NCBI GenBank assembly: GCA_963782055.1
Contig: CAWAIF010000003.1
Coordinates: 2,400,001 to 2,464,000, forward strand
Origin: an uncultured delta proteobacterium
GTDB lineage: Bacteria; Myxococcota_A; Polyangia; Polyangiales; Polyangiaceae
Length of the DNA: 64,000 bases
Direction: 5' to 3'
Numbering within the stretch: the stretch's first letter is position 1; each line of letters begins with the position of its first letter. Of the stretch, positions 1-8,969 are shown piece after piece. The translations under genes were made by a program, and so were the position numbers. The notes beneath the pieces were generated by a model, which searched no databases, was not told the DNA's origin, and worked only from the letters and a program-made list of their open reading frames with translations.

Positions 1-2371
1 CCGCAGCCCGTACATCGTGGACGTCTACGACTCCGGCCGCCTGGAGGATGGGCGCCCCTTCATCGCGATGGAGTACCTGGAGGGCGAGTCGCTCTACGAC
101 CGGATGGCCCGCGTCCGGCTCATCGACCCGGCCACCACCGTGCGCATCATCCAGCACTGCGCCAAGGGCCTGATGAAGGCGCACGCCGCGGGGATCGTGC
201 ACCGCGACCTCAAGCCGGAGAACATCTTCATCGTCAAGGGCGAGGACGGCGAGGAGATCGCCAAGCTGCTCGACTTCGGCCTCGCCAAGTTCTACGCGCC
301 GGTCAAGTCGGACGAGAAGACGGCGCGGCTCACACGCGAGGGCGCGGTGTTCGGCACCCCCGCGTACATGTCGCCCGAGCAGGTCAAGGGGCAGGGGAAC
401 GTCGACCACCGCGCGGACCTGTGGGCGCTCGGGTGCATGGCGTACGAGTGCCTCATCGGCCGGCCGGTGTGGAACACCGATCAGGGCGTGGCGATGACCT
501 TCGCGGCGATCGCCACCCAGCCCATCCCGGTGCCCTCCAAGGTCCGGCCCGACCTGCCCGTCACCTTCGACCAGTGGTTCCAGAAGGCGCTCGAGCGCGA
601 TCCCGACAACCGCTTCCAGACCGCAAAGGAGCTGGCCGACGCGCTCTCCCGCGCCTTGCTCGGCGCGGTACCGCAGATCTCGTACGTCAACGTGGCGGAC
701 CTGGAGGAGATCGAGGCGCACCCCGTCGTGGAGACCCCACCCGTCTCGCCGGTGGTGCCCAAGTCGTCCGGGGAGCTCGTGGCCCCGCCGCCGCCGGACC
801 TCGCCGACAAGGTCCCGCCCTCGCGCCCACCCGGCTCCAGCGCGCTGGACATGCCGCCGACGGCGAGCACTCCGTCGGTCAGGCCGCGTCCCTCCGCCGC
901 GCGCTACGCGTTCTCCTTGTTGCTGCTCGTCGGAGGCGCCGCGGCGGCGTTCTTGGTCTGGGACAAGCAGCTGCGCCCGCAGGTGCTCACCCCGCTCGTC
1001 CGCTCGACGGCCACCGCGGCCACCGCCCCGCCCTCGGCGAGCGCCGCGCCCTCGGCCCCCGGCGATGACCGCCCCAAGTGGTACGCCGCCATCACCCAGG
1101 GGCAGAAGCTCTTCGTCGACGGCGACGCGCTCGGCGCGCAGAAGGCGTTCAAGCAGGCGCTGGACCAGGGCGCCGGCGCCATCGCCAAGACGTACATCGA
1201 GCAGACCAAGGCGGCGACGGCGGGCAAGGGCGCCTGCCGGATGGTGGCCTTCTCGCACCCGCGCCTCGTCGCCAACAGCAACGCCGGGCGTCCGGCGATC
1301 GTGCAGGGGCTCCACGGCCCCGTGGTCGTCTGGGTGGACGACCACGAGCACGCCGGCCACGATCACGCCTACTCCGTGCTCCTGGACGAGACGGGGAAGC
1401 CCCTCTCCACGCCGCGCGACGTCACGCCAGAGGCGGACGACGTCGACCGCCCGTCGCTGCTCGCCGTCGGGGACCGCATCGCGATGCTCTACTGGGACCG
1501 GGACGGCCGCGAGGCGGGGGTGCGCGCGCGCTGGCTCGACGCCGATGGTCGCATCGCCGGCGCCAGCACCGACGTGGGCGCCGACCGCGGCGGCCACTTC
1601 TGGCCGGCGTTCGAGAAGTCGCCGGAGGGCTTCGTCGTCGTGTGGCAGGACGACCGCGACAAGGAGGGCGACGACCTCTTCTTCCGCAAGCTCTCGGCCG
1701 AGCTCGACCCGATCGGCCCGGAGATCCGCCTCACCGACTACGCCGTCGCGATCCCCTCCAAGCCGGTCAACGTGCGCGTGCCCAGCGTGGCGGTCGCCAG
1801 CAACGCCGTGTTCATCGTCTACAAGCTGGAGCGCGACAACAAGCACCTCATCGAGCGGCTGCGCATCCCCCTCAAGGACCCCGCGCTGGCGAAGGGCCTG
1901 AGCGAGCCGAAGATCGTCCCCGGCAAGCTCCGCAAGGATCGCACGCTCGTCGAGCCCAAGCTCGTCAACGAGGACAAGCTCCCCGGTGACGCCCCCATCC
2001 TCGCGTGCGGGACCGAGGGCTGCTTCGTGGCCTGGCACGACGAGAAGGGCAACGCCGCCAACATCGCCCTCATCGAGCCCGCGCAGGGCAAGGTGCTGTG
2101 GCGCAAGAAGTGGGGCGGCTCCCACCCCGCGCTGGCCGTCGGCAATGAGGGTCAGGTGATGGTCGCCTACTACGAGCACGGCACCGTGCGCATCGCGTCG
2201 GTCACGCGCGACGGGCTCGGCAAGTCGAGCACCTTCGCCCACGTGGACGGCGCCCAGCCCCGGCCCTGGCTCGCGCCCGGCAAGACGAAGGGCGAGTGGC
2301 TGGTGGCGTGGCAGGACCTGGAAGGGATCCACAACGAGGTGGACGTCGGTCGCCTCGCGTGCCCGCAGTGA
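1..2371 (+). CDS. Membrane Ser/Thr protein kinase with C-terminal extracytoplasmic domain (5' truncated by window)
   Basis: HRDLKPEN, DFG and GTPAYMSPEQ kinase motifs; Pro-rich linker; TM segment FSLLLLVGGAAAAFLVW; long beta-rich C-terminus. Confidence 0.92.
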   Translation, partial: RSPYIVDVYDSGRLEDGRPFIAMEYLEGESLYDRMARVRLIDPATTVRIIQHCAKGLMKAHAAGIVHRDLKPENIFIVKGEDGEEIAKLLDFGLAKFYAPVKSDEKTARLTREGAVFGTPAYMSPEQVKGQGNVDHRADLWALGCMAYECLIGRPVWNTDQGVAMTFAAIATQPIPVPSKVRPDLPVTFDQWFQKALERDPDNRFQTAKELADALSRALLGAVPQISYVNVADLEEIEAHPVVETPPVSPVVPKSSGELVAPPPPDLADKVPPSRPPGSSALDMPPTASTPSVRPRPSAARYAFSLLLLVGGAAAAFLVWDKQLRPQVLTPLVRSTATAATAPPSASAAPSAPGDDRPKWYAAITQGQKLFVDGDALGAQKAFKQALDQGAGAIAKTYIEQTKAATAGKGACRMVAFSHPRLVANSNAGRPAIVQGLHGPVVVWVDDHEHAGHDHAYSVLLDETGKPLSTPRDVTPEADDVDRPSLLAVGDRIAMLYWDRDGREAGVRARWLDADGRIAGASTDVGADRGGHFWPAFEKSPEGFVVVWQDDRDKEGDDLFFRKLSAELDPIGPEIRLTDYAVAIPSKPVNVRVPSVAVASNAVFIVYKLERDNKHLIERLRIPLKDPALAKGLSEPKIVPGKLRKDRTLVEPKLVNEDKLPGDAPILACGTEGCFVAWHDEKGNAANIALIEPAQGKVLWRKKWGGSHPALAVGNEGQVMVAYYEHGTVRIASVTRDGLGKSSTFAHVDGAQPRPWLAPGKTKGEWLVAWQDLEGIHNEVDVGRLACPQ

Positions 2372-3096
2372 TGGAGGAGGACGCGGACGCCGCCGCCGCC
2401 CGGCGTGCGGCGCTCGTGGAGGCGCTGGTGGCCTCGGCGATCGTCACCGCGCTGGTGGGCGGCGAGGCGCTGCTCGTGCCGAAGCGGCACGTGGCGACGG
2501 TCGTCGGCTTCACCTTCCTGGCGGCGGTGTGGGCGCTGGTCTGGCGGCGCGACGACGATCGCGTGCGGCGCGCCGGCCTGGGCTTCGCCGGCCTGCTGCT
2601 CAAGGAGCGCATCGACGCGCGCCGCGTCGCGCGCGCCACCGGACGGGCGGTGCTGGGGGCGGTGGTGCTCGGGCTGGTGCTCTTCGTGCCCTACTACTTC
2701 GCCTGGCGCCTCTGGTGGCGGCCGCAGCACCCCTTCTACCTCTTCGTGCATCCCCTCGAGACGACCAACGAGATCCTCGGTCAGGTGCTGCTCATCGCCC
2801 TGCCGGAGGAGGCGTTCTACCGCGGGTACCTGCAGAGCCGCCTGGACGAGGCGCTGCCGCCGCGCACGCGCGTCCTCGGGGCGACGGTGGGGCCGGGGCT
2901 GCTCATCTCGTCGGTCATCTTCGCCGTCGGCCACCTCGTGACCATCCCGTCGCCGGCGCGTCTGGCGGTGTTCTTCCCGGCGCTCGTCTTCGGGTGGCTG
3001 CGCGCGCGCACCGGCGGCGTCGGCACCGGCGTCGCGTTCCATGCACTCTGCAACCTCTTCTCCGAGGCGCTCGGCCGTGGCTTCGCCGTCTACTGA
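2371..3096 (+). CDS. CPBP/Abi (CAAX-type) intramembrane glutamic protease, myxosortase-like
   Basis: PEEAFYRG, FAVGH and HALCN motifs; multiple TM segments; TGATG overlap with the kinase stop. Confidence 0.88.
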   Translation: MEEDADAAAARRAALVEALVASAIVTALVGGEALLVPKRHVATVVGFTFLAAVWALVWRRDDDRVRRAGLGFAGLLLKERIDARRVARATGRAVLGAVVLGLVLFVPYYFAWRLWWRPQHPFYLFVHPLETTNEILGQVLLIALPEEAFYRGYLQSRLDEALPPRTRVLGATVGPGLLISSVIFAVGHLVTIPSPARLAVFFPALVFGWLRARTGGVGTGVAFHALCNLFSEALGRGFAVY

Positions 3097-3757
3097 GCCC
3101 CGCGCCCCGCGCGGCGCGCTCTTCGACATGGACCGCACGCTGGTGCGCAAGGAGACGGCCAGCCTCTACGTGCGCTACCAGCGCGACATCGGCGAGGCGG
3201 GGCTGCGCGACTCCCTGCGCGTCGCCTACTGGGTGCTGCAGTACACCTTCGGCGTGATCGACGCGGCGGACGTCGCCTCGCGCGCGCTGCGCAGCCTGCG
3301 GGGCAAGGCGGAGAGCGCGACGGCCGCCCGCTTCGAGGACTGGTTCGCCCGCTACGTCGAGCAGCACATCGCCGACGCGGGGCGCGCCGCGGTGGCGCGG
3401 CACCGCGAGCAGGGGGACGTGATCGCCATCGTCACCGGCGCCACGCCCTACGCGGCGAGGCCGCTGGCGCGGCGGCTGGGCATCGAGCACGTGGTGGCGA
3501 GCGAGCTGGAGGTGGACGAGGCGGGGCGCTTCACCGGGCGGCCGGTGCAGCCGCTGTGCTTCGGGGAGGGGAAGCTGGCGCGCGCGAGGGGGTTCGCCGG
3601 GCGGCTGGGGTTCGACCTGCGGGAGGCGGTGTTCTACAGCGACTCGTACACGGACCTGCCGCTGCTGGAGGCGGTGGCGGAGCCGGTGGTGGTGAACCCG
3701 GACCCGCGGCTGGCGCGGCACGCGGCACGGAGGGGGTGGCGCGTGGAGAGGTGGTGA
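3077..3757 (+). CDS. HAD-IB family hydrolase (phosphoserine phosphatase-like)
   Basis: FDMDRTL motif I, IVTGA, GEGK, YSDSYTDLPLL, VVVNPD; start approximate (GTG 3077). Confidence 0.88.
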   Translation: MASPSTEPRAPRGALFDMDRTLVRKETASLYVRYQRDIGEAGLRDSLRVAYWVLQYTFGVIDAADVASRALRSLRGKAESATAARFEDWFARYVEQHIADAGRAAVARHREQGDVIAIVTGATPYAARPLARRLGIEHVVASELEVDEAGRFTGRPVQPLCFGEGKLARARGFAGRLGFDLREAVFYSDSYTDLPLLEAVAEPVVVNPDPRLARHAARRGWRVERW

Positions 3758-3808
3758 GGCCCTGCCCCGCGCTCGCCCTCTCGCCCGGCTTCGGCTAAAG
3801 ATGCCCCC

Positions 3809-4645
3809 ATGCTCCTTCCCGTCATCGTCGACCCGATCATCGACCGGGCCCTCGAGGAGGACCTCTCCTCCGGCGACGTCACCACCTCCGCCTGCGTCTC
3901 GGAGAGCGCGCAGTCGGTCGCCCACGCCGTCGCGCGCGGCCCGCTCGTCGTCTGCGGCGGCGCCGTCTTCGCCCGCGTCTTCGAGAGGATCGACCCGCGC
4001 GTCAAGGTGGAGCTCCGGTGCGAGGAGGGCGCCCTCGTCGAGTGGGGCACGCAGGTGTGGACCGTCCGCGGCCCCGCGCGCGCCATCCTGATGGGCGAGC
4101 GCACCGCGCTCAACCTGGTGCAGCGCATGTGCGGCATCGCCACGATGGCGCGCACCTACGAGCAGGCGCTCCCGCGCGGCAGCCAGACGCGCATCACCGA
4201 CACCCGCAAGACCACGCCCGGCCTGCGCGCGCTGGAGCGCTACGCCGTGCGCACCGGCGGCGCGTACAACCACCGCGACAACCTGGGGAGCGCGGTGCTC
4301 ATCAAGGACAACCACGTGGCCGCGTGCGGCGGCGTCGGCGTCGCCATCGAGCGCGCGCGGGCCCTCGCGCCGCACACCAGCCGCGTCGAGTGCGAGGTGG
4401 AGAACCTCCAGCAGCTCGACGAGGCGATCGCCGCAGGCGCCGACATCGTGCTGCTCGACAACATGTCCACCGAGGACGTGCGCGAGGCGGTCTCCCGCGC
4501 GAAGGGGAAGGTGTTCCTGGAGGCGTCGGGCGGCGTGACCCTCCCGCGCATCCCCGAGCTTGCGGCGGCGGGGGTCGATGCCATCTCGGTGGGGGCGCTC
4601 ACGCACTCCGCGCCCGCCGCCGACATCGGGCTGGACTTCGAGTGA
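3809..4645 (+). CDS. nadC: Nicotinate-nucleotide pyrophosphorylase (quinolinate phosphoribosyltransferase)
   Basis: ALEED..GDVTT, DTRKTTPGLR, LIKDNH, LLDNM, EASGG, SVGALTHS. Confidence 0.97.
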   Translation: MLLPVIVDPIIDRALEEDLSSGDVTTSACVSESAQSVAHAVARGPLVVCGGAVFARVFERIDPRVKVELRCEEGALVEWGTQVWTVRGPARAILMGERTALNLVQRMCGIATMARTYEQALPRGSQTRITDTRKTTPGLRALERYAVRTGGAYNHRDNLGSAVLIKDNHVAACGGVGVAIERARALAPHTSRVECEVENLQQLDEAIAAGADIVLLDNMSTEDVREAVSRAKGKVFLEASGGVTLPRIPELAAAGVDAISVGALTHSAPAADIGLDFE

Positions 4646-5451
4646 TCCGCGGCGCCCCCGCGCGCGGCGTGGGTCACGACCTGGTGCGCGCGCCGGAGGC
4701 GATCGCCGAGCGGGGCATCACCCTCGGCAAGCCGCTGGAGCTGCTCGACGAGACCTCCTCCACCAACGACGTGGCCCGGCGCGCCGCGAAGAACGGCGCG
4801 CCCGGCGGCGCGACGTGGGTGGCGGAGGTGCAGACTGCGGGGAAGGGGAGGCAGGGCCGCGCGTGGATCTCGCCCCGCGGGGAGAACCTGCTCTTCTCGG
4901 TGCTGGTGCGCCTGCGCTGCGAGCCCTCCCGCCTGCCGCCGCTCGCGCTGGTCGCAGGGGTGGCGGTGCGTGACGCGGTGGCCCGCGCGGCGCCGGCGGC
5001 CGACGTGCGCCTCAAGTGGCCGAACGACGTGCTCATCGAGGGCCGCAAGGTCGCGGGCGTGCTCCTCGAGGCGACGCTCGCCGGCAAGCGCGTCGACGGC
5101 CTGGTCGTGGGCATCGGCATCAACGTGCACACGCGCGTCTTCGACCCGGCGATCGCCAGCCTGGCCACGTCGGTGGCGCTCCACGCCGGCGCCCCGCCCG
5201 ATCGCGCGGAGATCCTCGCCGACGTGCTCCAGGGGCTGGACCGCGATCTGGAGCTCTGCGCGCACCGCGGGCTGGGCCTGGTGCACGCGCGCCTGCAGGC
5301 GGCGGACGCCCTGAAGGACCACGCGATCCGCACCGACGACGGCCGCCACGGCGTCGCCGACGGCATCGACGTCGACGGCCGCCTCCGGCTGCGCCAGCAG
5401 GACGGGACCCTCGTGCGCCTCGCCGTCGGCGAGGTGCACCTGGAGACCTGA
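4642..5451 (+). CDS. birA: Biotin-[acetyl-CoA-carboxylase] ligase
   Basis: SSTND, QTAGKGRQGRAW, LKWPNDV, KVAGVL, GIGINV; GTGA overlap with nadC stop; no N-terminal HTH visible. Confidence 0.93.
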   Translation: MIRGAPARGVGHDLVRAPEAIAERGITLGKPLELLDETSSTNDVARRAAKNGAPGGATWVAEVQTAGKGRQGRAWISPRGENLLFSVLVRLRCEPSRLPPLALVAGVAVRDAVARAAPAADVRLKWPNDVLIEGRKVAGVLLEATLAGKRVDGLVVGIGINVHTRVFDPAIASLATSVALHAGAPPDRAEILADVLQGLDRDLELCAHRGLGLVHARLQAADALKDHAIRTDDGRHGVADGIDVDGRLRLRQQDGTLVRLAVGEVHLET

Positions 5452-6711
5452 TCACTTCACGACGGTGGCGCAGCCGACCTGGATGTTCACCTTGGCGTCG
5501 GGCGCGTTCTTCACGTCGTCGCACGCCTTGCCGATCAGCTCCACCTTGCCATCGCTGGTGTAGTCCCAGCAGCCGTCGTTCGCGCAGTCGTTGCTCGAGT
5601 CCTTGCGGCGGTAGAGCGAGTTGTCGTTGCCGCCGCCGACGGTGTAGTCGACGTTCACCTGGCCGGGGTCGACGATCCCGCCGTCCGGCTTGGGCAGGTC
5701 GAAGATGCAGCCGAGCACCTTGCCGCGCACCTGCTGGATCGCCGTCGCGACGGCCTGGGCCGAGTAGTTCTGCGTCATGTCGAAGTGACAGGAGACGCTG
5801 GGGTCGGGGTCCGTCTGCTGGAAGGGATTGGTCGCCGTGCACCCGACGGGCACGTTGCCGGGCGAGCCCGCCTTGGCGATGTCGCTGAGCGCCGCGCGCA
5901 TGTGGTACGGCGGGAAGTTGACGCCGCTCGCGTCGTACGAGTCGGACCCCGGCACGCCCACGATGAACGTGTCGACCGGCGAGGTCGCGTCCTTGTTGGC
6001 CGTGCTGACGAGCGTCATGATGTTGTTCGGGTTCTCCCAGTCGGTGCACCCGTTGCCGTCGGTGTAGCCCTGCCGGTTGGAGAGGGACGTGCAGCTGATG
6101 GCGCCGTCGGTCACGACGAAGAGGATGCGCTTGGCGCCGGGCGGCGCGGACCACCCCTGCAGCGCCCCGATGCCGATCTGCACCGCCGAGTAGAGCGGGT
6201 TGCCCTCGCCTGCGCTCTGGTCGGGCGCGTTCATGGTCAGCCAGTTCTTGATGCCGTGCCGCACGCCGGTCGGGTCGCTCGAGTGCTTCTGCCCCGGGAT
6301 GGCGAAGTCCACCTGGGGGAAGGCGGGCACCGAGCACGCCACCGGGAGGTTGAAGACGCACGCCGGCCCCGTCACCGTCGCGTTGGGCGCGGCCATCAGC
6401 CCGATGGCGACGTCGTCGAAGGCGGGCTGGTCGAGCGCCTGGACGAGCGCCTGCGCGGCGAAGGCCCACTTGTTGTTCTGCGACATGCTCCCGCTGCGCT
6501 GCAGCAAGACCAGGAGCGCCGTGGGCGCCTGCGTCGCCTGGTACTGCGTCTGCCCGCACGGCCCGCTGTCTCCGCCGCCGCCCTCGTTGCCGACAAACGG
6601 GCTGTCGGGGCCCGCGTCGGGCCCGAACTGGTTGGGGTTGTCGTTGGTGGCGCAAGCGCCGAGCAGGACCGCGGCCAGCGCGGGAAAGCAAAGGATGCGG
6701 ACGTGGATCAA
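5452..6711 (-). CDS. VWA-domain lipoprotein (myxobacterial type)
   Basis: Lipobox LLGAC; LLQRSGSM (MIDAS-like), VVTDG, TFIVGVPG; Cys-rich C-terminus; start approximate. Confidence 0.75.
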   Translation of the reverse strand: MIHVRILCFPALAAVLLGACATNDNPNQFGPDAGPDSPFVGNEGGGGDSGPCGQTQYQATQAPTALLVLLQRSGSMSQNNKWAFAAQALVQALDQPAFDDVAIGLMAAPNATVTGPACVFNLPVACSVPAFPQVDFAIPGQKHSSDPTGVRHGIKNWLTMNAPDQSAGEGNPLYSAVQIGIGALQGWSAPPGAKRILFVVTDGAISCTSLSNRQGYTDGNGCTDWENPNNIMTLVSTANKDATSPVDTFIVGVPGSDSYDASGVNFPPYHMRAALSDIAKAGSPGNVPVGCTATNPFQQTDPDPSVSCHFDMTQNYSAQAVATAIQQVRGKVLGCIFDLPKPDGGIVDPGQVNVDYTVGGGNDNSLYRRKDSSNDCANDGCWDYTSDGKVELIGKACDDVKNAPDAKVNIQVGCATVVK

Positions 6712-6784
6712 TGGCGTGACCTCCCGCGACAATCCTACCCGATCGTATCCCCCGGCTCACGCCCGGGGTAAGCTGGACGGATCC

Positions 6785-8047
6785 GTGAAGCGCTGCCCCG
6801 CGTGTCAGGCGAGCTATCCCGACGACGATCGCTTCTGCGAGACGGACGGGGAGACGCTCGTCGCCGACGATCCGGTGCGGAGCGTCCCGACGCTGCCGGT
6901 CTCGCCGCCGCCGTCGGACGTGCCCGTCGAGGACACGGGGCGGCGCCTCCTCGAGGTGGCCCCCGAGCTGGGGCCGGCGCGCATCGGCGACCTGGTGAAC
7001 GCGGCCCTGGACCTCGCCGAGCGCTTCGAGCGCGACAGGCTGGCGTGGCAGCCGCAGGCCGAGGACTTCGTCATCCGTCCGGACGGATCCCTCGGTATCC
7101 GGCAGGCGCGGGGCGTCTTCCGCCGGACGGGGAGCTTCGACGCCCGCCCCGTCATGCGCGCGCTGGGCGAGGCGCTGCTCCCCGGGCCGCTTGGCCTGGC
7201 CTCGCCCGGCCTCGTGAGGCTGCTGACCGACCCGCGCCTCCCACCCTCCGGCACCGCGGAGGCGCGCGCGCTCGCGCGGGCCGGCGAGCGTCCGCGCGTG
7301 GTGGGTGACCGCGTGGGGCTGCTCGCCGACCTCGGCTACCGCCGCGAGCGTCAGGAGGACGCGCTGGACGCACACGCGGCGCGGGGGCAGACGCTCCTCG
7401 TGCTCTGCGACGGCGTGTCGGCCTCCGCCGATGGCAGGCTCGCCGCGACGGTCGGGGTGGAGTGGGCGTGCCGTCACGGGGCCGCCGGCATCGAGCAGGG
7501 GGAGAGAGGGGCGGAGCTGGTGCGGGAGTCCATCCGTGCCGCGCACGAGGCCGTGTGCAGGGCGTCCTCCGACGTCCGCACGTCGGAGGCGCCCGGCGCC
7601 ACCATCGTCGTCGCGCTGGTCGAGGGCCGCCGCGTCGCCATCGGGTGGGCGGGCGACAGCCGCGCGTACCTCTTCGCCGAGGGCCGCGACGAGTGCCTCA
7701 CCCGCGATCACTCCTGGGCCAACGAGATGCTCGCGTCCGGTGAGGTGACGGAGGAGGAGGCTTTCGCCCAGCCGCTCGCGCACGCGCTGACGCGGTGCAT
7801 CGGTCCGCTGGAGGACGGCCTGGACAACGTCGATCCCGACGTGCGCACGGTCGAGCTGCCGCCGGGCGCGGTGCTGGTCCTTTGCTCCGACGGCGTCTGG
7901 AGCTACTTCGCCACGGCGGAGGCGATGGGCGCCACCGTGCGCCGCGCGGGGCGCGACCCCTCGGCCGTCGCGCAGGTGCTCGTCCACGAGGCCCTCCTCA
8001 GCGGGGGCCACGACAACGCGAGCGTCGCGGTCTACGTCTCGTCGTAG
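6785..8047 (+). CDS. PP2C-family Ser/Thr phosphatase with N-terminal zinc ribbon
   Basis: CPAC...FCETDG; RQED, LCDG, GDSRAY, TRDHS, LCSDG, GGHDNAS motifs. Confidence 0.9.
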   Translation: MKRCPACQASYPDDDRFCETDGETLVADDPVRSVPTLPVSPPPSDVPVEDTGRRLLEVAPELGPARIGDLVNAALDLAERFERDRLAWQPQAEDFVIRPDGSLGIRQARGVFRRTGSFDARPVMRALGEALLPGPLGLASPGLVRLLTDPRLPPSGTAEARALARAGERPRVVGDRVGLLADLGYRRERQEDALDAHAARGQTLLVLCDGVSASADGRLAATVGVEWACRHGAAGIEQGERGAELVRESIRAAHEAVCRASSDVRTSEAPGATIVVALVEGRRVAIGWAGDSRAYLFAEGRDECLTRDHSWANEMLASGEVTEEEAFAQPLAHALTRCIGPLEDGLDNVDPDVRTVELPPGAVLVLCSDGVWSYFATAEAMGATVRRAGRDPSAVAQVLVHEALLSGGHDNASVAVYVSS

Positions 8048-8847
8048 TCGGGGTCTTCCGCGCCGCCCGCCTCGACAGCCACGGCGAGCGCGGCGTCCTT
8101 GCCGATGTCGTCCGCTCGCGGCACCGCGCCGGTGACGGCGGAGATGAGCACCTCCAGAACGCGGAAGAAGCGGGTGGCGTGCAGGGTGCCGTTCAACCAG
8201 CCGCTCGTGATGCAGTACGACCGGTCGAAGGGGGCCGCGTGGTGCCCCGCGTGGTGCTCCTTGCCGAGCAGGATGTGTGCACTCTGCAACCACCGCACGG
8301 GCGCCGGCACCCGCTCGGCGTGGGCCCACTTGTGGATCTGGCTGGTGATGGACATGAAGAAGGCGCACGCGCAGAGCCCGGCGGCGAGGAGATCCCCCGC
8401 CTTCGAGGGCTCGTCGCCCAGCGAGGCGAAGCCCACCGTGACGAGGAAGTTGCCCGCGAGCATGTTCGACCCGTTCGTCTCGACGAAGTCGTGGCGCACG
8501 ATCGCCGTCGGGTCGAGGTGGTGCTCGCGAAAGGTGCGCACGAAGATCGGCCCGAGCACCGGCGTGTCCGGCGAGAGCCAGGTGTCGAACAGCCAGTGGA
8601 AGAAGCCGGAGATGAAGTCCGACGCCAGGTAGCCGCACACCGCGGCGATGGGCAGCAGGGTAGGCCACGCCACCGCCGCTGGCCGCAGCCGCCACACCAG
8701 CGAGAGCCACAGCAACGGGAAGGCGAGGACGCAGCCCACCTCGAGGAAGCGGAAGATGCGCGGCGTGCCGGCGAGCCCGTGCGCATCACGTTGCACGACC
8801 TTCGGCAGACGCCTGCCCCTCTGCTCCGGTTCCATCGATGTGCCCAA
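8032..8847 (-). CDS. carF: CarF/TMEM189-type lipid desaturase (plasmanylethanolamine desaturase-like)
   Basis: DFISGFFHW..DT, FREHH, QIHKWAH, HHAGHH, YCITSGWLN His-box pattern; ATG 8835 is an alternative start. Confidence 0.85.
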   Translation of the reverse strand: MGTSMEPEQRGRRLPKVVQRDAHGLAGTPRIFRFLEVGCVLAFPLLWLSLVWRLRPAAVAWPTLLPIAAVCGYLASDFISGFFHWLFDTWLSPDTPVLGPIFVRTFREHHLDPTAIVRHDFVETNGSNMLAGNFLVTVGFASLGDEPSKAGDLLAAGLCACAFFMSITSQIHKWAHAERVPAPVRWLQSAHILLGKEHHAGHHAAPFDRSYCITSGWLNGTLHATRFFRVLEVLISAVTGAVPRADDIGKDAALAVAVEAGGAEDPDYDET

Positions 8848-8969
8848 GCCCCGTCCGATGACGCTCTCATCCTCGCCCGAGGCGCGGACGCTGTCACGCC
8901 AGTACTACGCCGGAGGCACCCGGACGGTTCCCTCCGCGGCGCCTATGGCAGAGCTGGCGAGCGTGTACC

